A DNA stretch of 64,000 bases. It comes from a virus. Each line of letters begins with the position of its first letter. Position 1 is the stretch's first letter. Positions 19,593-28,665 of the stretch are shown in pieces. A model generated the notes under the pieces. That model made no database searches. It was given only the letters and a program-made list of their open reading frames with translations, and was not told where the DNA came from. A program made the translations under genes and the position numbers. The stretch lies in the IMG/VR virus record IMGVR_UViG_3300042287_000907; one strand, given 5' to 3'.

Positions 19593-20134
19593 GCCTGAGA
19601 GAAATTACCAAAGATCTGCATCACGAAGCAGAAACAACAAAGTTTGCCAAGATATTACTCAGCGGCAAGATTGAAAAACAAGACTACAGAAACTATCTCT
19701 ATAATCTTTTGGCCATATATGATCCAATTGAATGGTATAGCAAGCGTCAAGGATTTTTTGCTAACATGCATGATCTACCAAGACTTAAGGCCATCTATGC
19801 AGACTTCACAGAATTAGATGAATGTGAATACTACTATCTAACTCCTGCTACACTAGAATACCAAGCATACTTACACAGGTTAGGCAATGATCAAGAACGC
19901 AAACATCTTATTAAGGCGCATTTATACTGCCGTCATATGGGCGACTTGTTCGGTGGTCAAATCATTAAGAAACAGGTAGCACATATTTCAAGCGGCAAGT
20001 TCTACGAGTTCGAAAACGCAGATTCTATGAAGATGGCTATCAGAGAATTGCTCACTGACGATTTAGGAGACGAAGCTCGTTTAGCATTTGAATATGCTAT
20101 TAAGATGATGCGGGACCTATATCGTGGAGAGTAA
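19589..20134 (+). CDS. Heme oxygenase
   Basis: LRE.TK.LH.EAE, AHLYCRHMGDLFGGQII. Confidence 0.9.
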   Translation: MSLREITKDLHHEAETTKFAKILLSGKIEKQDYRNYLYNLLAIYDPIEWYSKRQGFFANMHDLPRLKAIYADFTELDECEYYYLTPATLEYQAYLHRLGNDQERKHLIKAHLYCRHMGDLFGGQIIKKQVAHISSGKFYEFENADSMKMAIRELLTDDLGDEARLAFEYAIKMMRDLYRGE

Positions 20135-20807
20135 GGTTTGGGACACACTAATTGAGATCCAACATCTACTGGAAGATAACTTCAGCCGTACGGGTCAAGA
20201 GATTGATGAGCCTGGAATGGAAAGATTTAATCAGCCTGGCTGGGTTAATCGTGTGTGGACTAGTGATCGGTATCGTCGTGCTCACGTTGATGTAGTAGAC
20301 GCTAGAGAAACTAAAGGCTTGTGGATGATGCACTGTTGTATCTTCCCGCATACGCACAATCCTGCTCCAATTTACGGCTTTGATGTTATTGCCGGCAAGA
20401 ATAAGATCACAGGCTGTTTCCACGATTACTCAAAAGCAGGCGATGCTGACCATCCTATGATGCAATGGTTTGCAGATGAAGTGGCCAAACTGGAATGGCG
20501 CAAACAACGTGCATTACCTGAATGGGCTACTAATATATTCAGTGGCAGCATGGTAGCTGCGGGCAATGTCAGTGATGAAGAAGAATTAGAACAGATCACA
20601 GATCTAGCTCGAACTACCATAGAACACTATCTAAGCACAGTAGCGGAAACTAATAATACCGCTGAAAATACCACAGAAGCACAGAACTACTACGCACAAA
20701 ATCAAAAATGTAACCCGCATACACCACGGGTGATGGTAAGTTTAGGGTTAAGTGAGGATGATGTTCAGCATTTTATCCAGGAATGCCTGTTTCCAGAAAT
20801 CCGCTAA
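20124..20807 (+). CDS. Ferredoxin-dependent bilin reductase (PcyA/PcyX-like)
   Basis: YRRAH, MHCCIFP, PIYGFDVI, LPEWA.NIFS, Q..NPHT; coupled to heme oxygenase. Confidence 0.88.
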   Translation: MESKVWDTLIEIQHLLEDNFSRTGQEIDEPGMERFNQPGWVNRVWTSDRYRRAHVDVVDARETKGLWMMHCCIFPHTHNPAPIYGFDVIAGKNKITGCFHDYSKAGDADHPMMQWFADEVAKLEWRKQRALPEWATNIFSGSMVAAGNVSDEEELEQITDLARTTIEHYLSTVAETNNTAENTTEAQNYYAQNQKCNPHTPRVMVSLGLSEDDVQHFIQECLFPEIR

Positions 20808-20815
20808 ATAATTGT

Positions 20816-21910
20816 ATGAGAAAATATGAATTTATAGCAGAAAAAATTAGTGCGAAATCGGCGAGTAATGCTGGAGATTCTAGTGCATTAACAAATGTTA
20901 AACAAGCAATCATTAATAAAATTGATGTAGTAACTGATATAGACGAACTACATCAGATTTATTCTTATGTCCGTAAAATTGATATTGGTGGTGGTGTAGA
21001 CACCATTCTACAAAAAGATGAAGATCTGCGACAAGTTCATACGGTTGTATCCAGAGCAATAATTGATGCCAAAGCACCCTACGAAGAAAAAGAAGGGTTT
21101 GCTATGGAACTGGCAACAAAAGGAATTATCAATATTAAAAAATTGTTATCCCCGGGTGTTTCACTAAATCTCGAATCTATAATTCAAACACAATTTCCTA
21201 ATGTGTATAAACAAGTTGCTCCAGAGCTGATTGCCATTCAAGGACTATTTAAAACAGGTAAAACAAAAACACAAAAAGGTCCAGGCGAAATGTTTTTGGC
21301 TATCTGTAGTCCTAATATTATGTTAAGCAAAGATGCAGGTGATTTAGTAATAAATGGAAAATTAATCGAGGTGAAGGGCAATGGCGGAAGGATAAAGGGA
21401 GTGAGAGGATATGGAAACAGTTCCTCTACTCTAACCGCGGTAAAAACTTCAGCAGCAGCACTTCCTAAGAAACTTAAATTGAAAACAGCAATAAATGCAC
21501 CATCGAATGTAAATGTAGGAAAAACTTCAGATTTTTGGACCAATTTCGGACCATCGTTAATCGCTGCAGGCGCACCGGCCGCCGGGGTAGTGAAATTTAT
21601 TAGAACTTCTCTAAGTGGCATTATTAATTCAATCTATCTTGATGCTACTCCTGCAGAACTTCAACAGTTAGTAGCACCTGTTAATAATAAAGGTATGGTT
21701 TTATTCGATTCATTTATTGCCGCACAAAAAAGATACGCATTTGATTACTACAAAAAACATGACGAATTCAAGGGCATACTGTTCATAAATACAGGTTCTG
21801 GAACCACTATCTATATCGAAACTGCTGAACAATTCGCACAAACGATGATCATACAAAAAATAGGGCTTAATGGTGGTGCTCAAAATGGTATGCAGGTTAA
21901 GGTACCGTAA
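20816..21910 (+). CDS. Hypothetical protein, possible PD-(D/E)XK nuclease
   Basis: GPGE....GDL.....IEVK; N-terminus MRKYEFIAE after TAAATA. Confidence 0.5.
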   Translation: MRKYEFIAEKISAKSASNAGDSSALTNVKQAIINKIDVVTDIDELHQIYSYVRKIDIGGGVDTILQKDEDLRQVHTVVSRAIIDAKAPYEEKEGFAMELATKGIINIKKLLSPGVSLNLESIIQTQFPNVYKQVAPELIAIQGLFKTGKTKTQKGPGEMFLAICSPNIMLSKDAGDLVINGKLIEVKGNGGRIKGVRGYGNSSSTLTAVKTSAAALPKKLKLKTAINAPSNVNVGKTSDFWTNFGPSLIAAGAPAAGVVKFIRTSLSGIINSIYLDATPAELQQLVAPVNNKGMVLFDSFIAAQKRYAFDYYKKHDEFKGILFINTGSGTTIYIETAEQFAQTMIIQKIGLNGGAQNGMQVKVP

Positions 21911-22000
21911 TTAATTACCTTTTTAATCTAGATTAAACTCGTCACATAATTCTTCATCCTCACCGTGTAAATACTAATAGTAACTACCGGGAGCGAATCG

Positions 22001-22483
22001 ATGGTTAAGTCTACAACCACCGCCGTGTTGATTATTGCATCATCAATGGTCGGCGCAGCAGAATTACAACACAGTTTTAATAGTCCATCCTTTTCAGGCA
22101 TTGGCTACAGTTCACACGTACTCACAATACATCAACTAGAAACACAGGCCAGAGACAAAAACAAAAACGCCGCCGATGCACTTAAAGCAAAAGCAGAAAG
22201 CGATGCATTAAACACTCCACAGGCCAAGTTTCAAGCCAACTTGGAAAGCCGTATCTATTCACAGTTGGCAAAACAGATCACAGATAGTCTGTTTGGAGTC
22301 GACGGAGTGCCGGTGTGTTCAGCCAATAGTGCAGGAAATTGCGGACAAATGGAAGTTGCAGGCAACAACATCACGTGGAAAGTAGTAGGAACTAACATTG
22401 TTGTTAGAATTGAAAACGTCTTGGATCCTAGGCAGTTTACAGAAATTACAGTGCCAAGTGGTACGTTTGGATTTGGGGGATAA
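22001..22483 (+). CDS. csgF: Curli assembly protein CsgF-like
   Basis: Signal peptide, EL.HSF.SPSFSG, F..NLESRIYSQL, TEITVP; directly upstream of csgG. Confidence 0.8.
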   Translation: MVKSTTTAVLIIASSMVGAAELQHSFNSPSFSGIGYSSHVLTIHQLETQARDKNKNAADALKAKAESDALNTPQAKFQANLESRIYSQLAKQITDSLFGVDGVPVCSANSAGNCGQMEVAGNNITWKVVGTNIVVRIENVLDPRQFTEITVPSGTFGFGG

Positions 22484-22486
22484 GCA

Positions 22487-23791
22487 ATGAAACACACATT
22501 GATATCTCTAGCAGTAGTGGCAGTATTATCTGGTTGCGCATCAAGTTCAGCCGTACGTGAAAAAATAACCAGCAATCAATTTGATGCACCTCGAGTCGAA
22601 GCCAGTAAGTTTCTAAAGCAAGAACAAAACAAACTACGACCACCACAAGGCGGGCCAGTGGCTGTGGCTGTTTATGGGTTCCGTGATCTAACAGGACAAC
22701 GTAAAAGCCAGCCCTTGATTGCTAGTTTGAGTTCAGCTGTGACACAGGGCGCTGAAAACTATCTAATCAAAGCTCTGCAAGACGTAGGTGATCAACGTTG
22801 GTTCACTGTATTAGAACGTGGGGGACTGGACAATCTGATCAAAGAACGACAGATGATTCGTCAGATGCGTGAACAGTATCAAGGTAAGGATGCCAAATCG
22901 CTACCGCCAATGATGTTTGCTGGTATCATTATGGAAGGTGGTATTGTTGGCTACGATTCGAATACACTCACAGGTGGTTCGGGTGTGAGAATTTTTGGTA
23001 TTGGTGCATCAACACAATATCAAAGCGACACAGTGACAGTGACTCTAAGAACAGTTAGTGTGGCCACTGGTGAAATACTCACAACTGTGACCGTGACCAA
23101 AACTGTGTTGAGCTACATGGACAAATTGACCTTGCTGCGTTTCGTGGGCGATGGCACCACACTAGGAGCCAATGCCAATGCCGTGGAAGGTGAGATTGGC
23201 GGCAGCATTAACGAAAGTATCAACCGAGCAGTGGACGTAGCTGTGCAGGCAGCAGTGGTCCAGACTATTAATGAAGGTGCCCGTAAAGGACATTGGAGTT
23301 TCAAGGAGGAAAAGAATGAGTTGGTTCAAACACAAACCCCCAAAGAATCCGCCCCCACCAAAAGTGCACCTAACCCCGCACCACAGCAGTCCAATGGCGG
23401 ACAAGGCAATGGAACAGGCAAAGCTAACGAGCCCGCACCAGAAGTCAAACCTGAAATCAAGCCAGAAATCAAGCCAGAAATCAAGCCAGAAGTAAAGAAG
23501 GAGGAACCTAAAAATGATGTCAAACCTATTACAACAGTTGTTCCACCAGCGCCAGCAGCAGTACCAACAGTAACACCAAAAGAAGAAGTCAAAGTTGGTG
23601 ACGTGAAATTTTTTAAAGAGCCGTATTATGTTAGAGCCAAAGCTATCGAAGCAAGCACAAGGCAATGGTTGTTTTTAAAAGGCACAGAAGTAAAAGTAAT
23701 TGAAGTTGATAATAATTGGGTTAAGGTACAAACTCGAGATGGCAAAAAAGGATTCGTTCCAATTAGTATGTTGAGTCCAATTAAGCCATAA
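22487..23791 (+). CDS. csgG: Curli secretion channel CsgG-like lipoprotein with Pro-rich linker and C-terminal SH3b-like domain
   Basis: Lipobox LSGC, VAVYGFRDLTGQRK, S.AVTQGA, WF.VLER.GLDNL.KERQ.IR, EGGIVGYD. Confidence 0.92.
   Translation: MKHTLISLAVVAVLSGCASSSAVREKITSNQFDAPRVEASKFLKQEQNKLRPPQGGPVAVAVYGFRDLTGQRKSQPLIASLSSAVTQGAENYLIKALQDVGDQRWFTVLERGGLDNLIKERQMIRQMREQYQGKDAKSLPPMMFAGIIMEGGIVGYDSNTLTGGSGVRIFGIGASTQYQSDTVTVTLRTVSVATGEILTTVTVTKTVLSYMDKLTLLRFVGDGTTLGANANAVEGEIGGSINESINRAVDVAVQAAVVQTINEGARKGHWSFKEEKNELVQTQTPKESAPTKSAPNPAPQQSNGGQGNGTGKANEPAPEVKPEIKPEIKPEIKPEVKKEEPKNDVKPITTVVPPAPAAVPTVTPKEEVKVGDVKFFKEPYYVRAKAIEASTRQWLFLKGTEVKVIEVDNNWVKVQTRDGKKGFVPISMLSPIKP
23438..23497 (+). repeat. 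12-nt tandem repeat encoding (PE[IV]K)x5
   Basis: CCAGAAATCAAG-like units in the csgG linker. Confidence 0.85.
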
Positions 23792-23947
23792 GTGTTGATA
23801 TTTTTACATGTTGGAAAATACACATGTAAGAATTTTAACAGCGGCATTTAATTTTTGTGCAGTGAGTATTAAATAAATTACAAGGAACATTAACGGTCTT
23901 AGACCAAGGAACTTGTTGGCAAATAATAAACCAACATTAGACACAAG

Positions 23948-24763
23948 ATGAAAAAAAGAATGACAGGCAATAGCGAGTTGTCGAGAAAATTACTCGCAGC
24001 AGTAATGGTTCTAGGAACCAGCTTAGTCTGGGCACAATCTGCTACAGGACCTAATAAGGTCTATATTGAGCAGGTTGGTAGCAGTAACGTTATTACCATT
24101 GAACAAGTTGGTGGCACCAACAATGTTGGCGGAGTGACCACAACCACGGCCACCGTAGTGGCTGGCACAGGTATCACTACACTGACTCCAGACGCACCTA
24201 GTGCCAGTAACTATGGCACCATTACAGGCAGCAACAACATAGTAGGTATCACGCAGACCGGCAATGCTAACTCTGCGCAGTACAACATCATGGGCAATCT
24301 CAACACCTACAACAGCACTGTGACAGGCAACAGCAATCAAACTAGATTGACTGTGGGCAATGTCAATGCAGCGGCCAATCAGGACAATGTGATCACAGAA
24401 ACTATCACTGGCAACAGCAACATGATCATACAGAATCTAGTGGGCAACGAAATTGTCACTACTACCACGATCACTGGCAACAGCAATCAAATTACCAGTG
24501 ACCTGCTCAGCAGTCGTGGCACAGTGACCAACGCTATTACAGGCGACAGCAATGTGTTTAACATACAGCAGATTGATGCAGCTGGCGCCAACGGTCATGT
24601 ATTGGCCATGGCCACAGTGGGCGATTTCAATAGCATTACCACACAGCAACAAGGTACCAACGACACTACTGTGAATATTCAAACACAAGGCAGCAACAAC
24701 ACTGTCACAGTGAGAACCAGCAGTTCAGCCATTGTGGCACCTGTGTCAGCCATAGCGAGATAA
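23948..24763 (+). CDS. Curlin-like repeat protein
   Basis: Signal peptide; repeated Q.G..N and ITGNSN units. Confidence 0.75.
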   Translation: MKKRMTGNSELSRKLLAAVMVLGTSLVWAQSATGPNKVYIEQVGSSNVITIEQVGGTNNVGGVTTTTATVVAGTGITTLTPDAPSASNYGTITGSNNIVGITQTGNANSAQYNIMGNLNTYNSTVTGNSNQTRLTVGNVNAAANQDNVITETITGNSNMIIQNLVGNEIVTTTTITGNSNQITSDLLSSRGTVTNAITGDSNVFNIQQIDAAGANGHVLAMATVGDFNSITTQQQGTNDTTVNIQTQGSNNTVTVRTSSSAIVAPVSAIAR

Positions 24764-24765
24764 CA

Positions 24766-25863
24766 GTGCGGTGGCTGATGCTGGCACTGTTGTTGGCCGC
24801 AGTGAGTCCTGCATGGGCTGGCATTGGCACGGTGAGCGAAAACAAGGGCACTGCCTGCGAAGTTGAACGCAACAAGAAAAAATTGTCTGGCATCAAAGGC
24901 GCTGCCATTGAAAGCATGGACACTTATACCACTGGTGCATGCGTCAGCAGCATTACGTTTCGTGATGAAACCAAAGTCAAGGTCACTGAGAATTCTAGAC
25001 TAGTGATTGACGATTTTGTATACGATCCAAAAAACTCAGACGCAGGCAAGTTGGCTATGAAAGTAGGCATGGGAACTGTGCGTTATGCGTCAGGGCAGAT
25101 CGCCAAAAACAATCCCCAACAGGTCAACATCAAAACCCCCACTGCCACTGTGGCGGTACGCGGCACTGACTTTACCATGACTGTGGACGAAACTGGACAG
25201 AGTCTCATTGTGTTGGTGCCCAGTTGCAAGGATGATCGCGACATCAAGACCTATGAGCTAGAGGAAAACCGTTGCAAAGTAGGCAGTATTTTGGTCACCA
25301 CGGACGCAGGTACAGTCACATTAGATAAGGCATTTGAAGCCACATTCGTGGCCAGTGCCAACAACATGCCCACTGCACCCACTGTGATCAACACTGTAGA
25401 AAGTAAAATCAGCAACAATTTGATCTTGCTGGCACCACCTGAGATCACACAGGCCATCCGAGAACAGGCACGCAGCAAACGAGACCGAGAAGCCGATGAA
25501 GCTGAGGCAGAAGCACAACGACAAATTGCACAGCGAGCACGTGAAGCAGACGAATCTATCGAACGTGCTAGACTATTATTGTTGGAAGAATATCTAGGTC
25601 GAGCAGGTTGCAATCCCAGCACATCAGTGTGTGTGGCTTGGGAAAAGTCAGATTCGCCGGACATTGAAAGTCGAGGACGCGGTATAGCCTATCGTACCAA
25701 CATTGATCACTATGCTGAGGTGAAAACATCAGGCTACAATTCCAACACATTTGTCGCCATCAGTCATGATGATCAATATGCCTACACTATTGTTGGCAGT
25801 GGCGATCCGGGTGGCAACGTTGTAAACATTGTACAGAAGACTGGAGTGTTGAGACGTCCATGA
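24766..25863 (+). CDS. FecR-domain protein
   Basis: F.DET.V.V.ENS.L.ID, G.VRYASG, TPTATVAVRGTDF. Confidence 0.85.
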   Translation: MRWLMLALLLAAVSPAWAGIGTVSENKGTACEVERNKKKLSGIKGAAIESMDTYTTGACVSSITFRDETKVKVTENSRLVIDDFVYDPKNSDAGKLAMKVGMGTVRYASGQIAKNNPQQVNIKTPTATVAVRGTDFTMTVDETGQSLIVLVPSCKDDRDIKTYELEENRCKVGSILVTTDAGTVTLDKAFEATFVASANNMPTAPTVINTVESKISNNLILLAPPEITQAIREQARSKRDREADEAEAEAQRQIAQRAREADESIERARLLLLEEYLGRAGCNPSTSVCVAWEKSDSPDIESRGRGIAYRTNIDHYAEVKTSGYNSNTFVAISHDDQYAYTIVGSGDPGGNVVNIVQKTGVLRRP

Positions 25864-27533
25864 AACGGTTCTTACTAATATTTTCATTCCTAATTACATT
25901 CTGTTTATCTGCACACAGTCAAGCAACAGGCCTTGTTGATCTAAAGTTTGGACGATATCAAATAGCAGACAGTCAATGGAACGTTCAGGCTTGTATGTAC
26001 ACAACTACATGTCAAATCTACAGTAAAAACCCAGGTACAGCATATCAAATACCCTGGTACAACGGACAATTAAGTTGGGCCGCTGGCGACTATGTTAAAT
26101 TTGCCACCACTGGAGATGCTACAAATCCATGGAATGCTATTCAGTACACATCGGCAGGCACGCAAAAAGCAGTAATGGGCACTGGCCACATTATCAACAT
26201 GGGCACGGACTATTTCTTCTTTGTGGGCAATGACAATAACACCGGACAGTTGTTTAGTATGACTCAAGGATTTGCCAACACAAGTGGTGTTACATGGACT
26301 GGTACATTGAACCCAACAGTAGCGCAGGTTAATAATTATGCTACTAACGGATCAACGACTCCCTTAGCCGCAGGTCAAACTGCCGCGCCGGCCGGGCCGC
26401 CACCGCCTGCTCCTACGGCAATCTATATGAATAACGCTACTGTAAATATTATAAGAGCAATTCCAACTAGTAATAACAGCCCTGGTAGCGAAGGACCTAA
26501 CAACGCTTTTGACAATAATCCTAACACAAAATATCTAAACTTCGATAAAAAGAATGCTGGAGTCACAATACAACTAACTTCTGGTAGAGTAGTCACACAT
26601 TTTACAGTCACAACAGCAAATGATTTTAGTGGACGAGATCCTACTAGTTATAAACTTTACGGAAGCAATGATGGCGCAACATGGACATTAATTAAACAAG
26701 ATTCAATTTCTTTAAGTGAATCTCGCTATACAACTTCGGCCGTTATAGATATTGGCAATACTACTGCTTATGCTTATTACTTTATGTTATTTCCGACAAC
26801 AAAGGCGGGAGATGGGTGTGGTTTAAACTGTGACAGTATGCAGATTGCTGAGATTACCTATTACTACGATGCCAACAGTACAACAACATCAACTGCTTCT
26901 AGCAATACCATTGTTGATCCTGTAACTGCGGCCGCAAATACCCTATGTTGCGGAGGCAGTGCAGCGTCATTTAACGCTACGACTACTAACACAGCCAAAG
27001 TTTTAACATTTGTCAATAGAACAACAGCAGATAGTCAGGTTCATATAGAACAAATTGGCACACAGAACGTAGTTGAAGTAAATCAAAGCGGCACTAGAAA
27101 TAATTATGTTGAATACTACGGCAATGGTCTAAGCAATGATATTAATATTACACAAACTGGAAATGCTGCAACACAAGCAAATTATGTCGACTTAAGAGTT
27201 GTGGGTAATTTTAACACAGTAGATTTACAACAAACTAGCACAGGTGGTACTAAAGGAATATTTGCTGATGTCAGCGGTAATAATAATAGTTTGCTGGTAC
27301 AACAAAAAGACAGCGGCAGCCATTATGCTGAAATTACTCTAAGTGGCGGTAATAAGAATGTTGATATAACACAGCAGGGTTCAGCTGGACATATGGCCAA
27401 AGTTAATCTAAGCGGCACACCTACTGATCTAAGTCTAACGCAAAGCGGCAGCACACAGAATTATTACTCAATTACACATAACTGCACCACAGCAGGTGGC
27501 TGTGCCAAAATCACAGTGACGCAAGGCCAATAA
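25860..27533 (+). CDS. Secreted protein with a discoidin/F5-8-like domain and C-terminal curlin repeats
   Basis: NAFDNN..TKY, RDP.S..LYGSNDG..W; C-terminal IEQ.G..N repeats. Confidence 0.75.
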   Translation: MKRFLLIFSFLITFCLSAHSQATGLVDLKFGRYQIADSQWNVQACMYTTTCQIYSKNPGTAYQIPWYNGQLSWAAGDYVKFATTGDATNPWNAIQYTSAGTQKAVMGTGHIINMGTDYFFFVGNDNNTGQLFSMTQGFANTSGVTWTGTLNPTVAQVNNYATNGSTTPLAAGQTAAPAGPPPPAPTAIYMNNATVNIIRAIPTSNNSPGSEGPNNAFDNNPNTKYLNFDKKNAGVTIQLTSGRVVTHFTVTTANDFSGRDPTSYKLYGSNDGATWTLIKQDSISLSESRYTTSAVIDIGNTTAYAYYFMLFPTTKAGDGCGLNCDSMQIAEITYYYDANSTTTSTASSNTIVDPVTAAANTLCCGGSAASFNATTTNTAKVLTFVNRTTADSQVHIEQIGTQNVVEVNQSGTRNNYVEYYGNGLSNDINITQTGNAATQANYVDLRVVGNFNTVDLQQTSTGGTKGIFADVSGNNNSLLVQQKDSGSHYAEITLSGGNKNVDITQQGSAGHMAKVNLSGTPTDLSLTQSGSTQNYYSITHNCTTAGGCAKITVTQGQ

Positions 27534-27566
27534 TACCGCTAAATACCATACAGGTACGGAGCGACA

Positions 27567-27722
27567 ATGGACCTAATTCTAAGCATATTTCTGGCAGGGT
27601 TAAACCCCAACGAACCTCGGTGCGTAAAATGGACATGGACTGGTGATGTTTATAGTAGAAAAGTCGTCTGCGTAGAATGGTCAAAACCGCAGCCCAAAGA
27701 TAAGGATCCTAAGAAAACATGA
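27567..27722 (+). CDS. Small hypothetical protein (51 aa)
   Basis: Read by hand: MDLILSIFLAGLNPNEPRCVKWTWTGDVYSRKVVCVEW...; GGAG upstream. Confidence 0.6.
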   Translation: MDLILSIFLAGLNPNEPRCVKWTWTGDVYSRKVVCVEWSKPQPKDKDPKKT

Positions 27723-28201
27723 TCGATCCTATCACAATTGGCCTTGCTTTCACAGCCGCACAACAATCAGTAGGTTATATTAAAAAAGCCATTGCTCTGG
27801 GCAAGGATGTCAACAGTCTTTACGGACAGTTTGCCAAGTTCTTTGAAAACAGCGATAAGATTCATAGTGCTAATGTAGCAGCACAAACCAGCAAAAAGAT
27901 TCTCACAGACGGACAGATTAGAGCCATGTCAATAGAAATTGCCATGCAGAGCAAAGCACTTAGAGACGCAGAAAAACAACTGAAAGAATTATTGATATAT
28001 TCCGGGAACAGTGATGTGTGGGATCAGATGATGGCCGAACGTGTGAGAATGTACAAAGAACGTGCTAAACTAGAAGCAGACATAAAAAATGCCAGAATCC
28101 AAGCACAGTCCGACATGATAGATAGACTACTTATAGGTACAAGTTTTATGGCAATAGCCGTGCCTACTGTGCTTTTCACTTTTGCAATGATAACTAGATA
28201 A
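27719..28201 (+). CDS. Hypothetical membrane-anchored protein
   Basis: MIDPITI N-terminus, C-terminal TM helix. Confidence 0.65.
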   Translation: MIDPITIGLAFTAAQQSVGYIKKAIALGKDVNSLYGQFAKFFENSDKIHSANVAAQTSKKILTDGQIRAMSIEIAMQSKALRDAEKQLKELLIYSGNSDVWDQMMAERVRMYKERAKLEADIKNARIQAQSDMIDRLLIGTSFMAIAVPTVLFTFAMITR

Positions 28202-28230
28202 CTGGTAAATATTAGTTTAAGGAGCTGGTA

Positions 28231-28524
28231 ATGCGAATGCTTTTACTGGCGTTTCTTGTCTGCTTATCCAGCCCGGCCAACGCTCAATTCAGATATGACT
28301 ATCCTATCGTCTGTGACGATACTCAAAAAATTATCTCAGTACTAGAGAAAGAATTTGAAGAAAAATTATCCTGGAAAGGTTCACACGTCAACGATAAATC
28401 TGTATATTCTCTTTGGATCAATGAAAAAACTCAAAACTGGACATTGCTTAAAATGACTCCAACCACTACGTGCATATTGGGAACAGGCTCTAACTCCGTT
28501 TCAAATTTTGGTACGCCTATATAA
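28231..28524 (+). CDS. Hypothetical secreted protein
   Basis: Signal peptide; P.VC...WTL....CILG.G. Confidence 0.65.
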   Translation: MRMLLLAFLVCLSSPANAQFRYDYPIVCDDTQKIISVLEKEFEEKLSWKGSHVNDKSVYSLWINEKTQNWTLLKMTPTTTCILGTGSNSVSNFGTPI

Positions 28525-28665
28525 ATTAACTAAGGAACTCAATGACAGACGACGATTTTAAAAGACACCTACATCGACAACTAGAAGCAGATAAAAAAAA
28601 TCACGGACAGTTGACTAATAGAATTTTTGCTAAACCTAAAACGAATGGTTCAAATAAATATAGTC

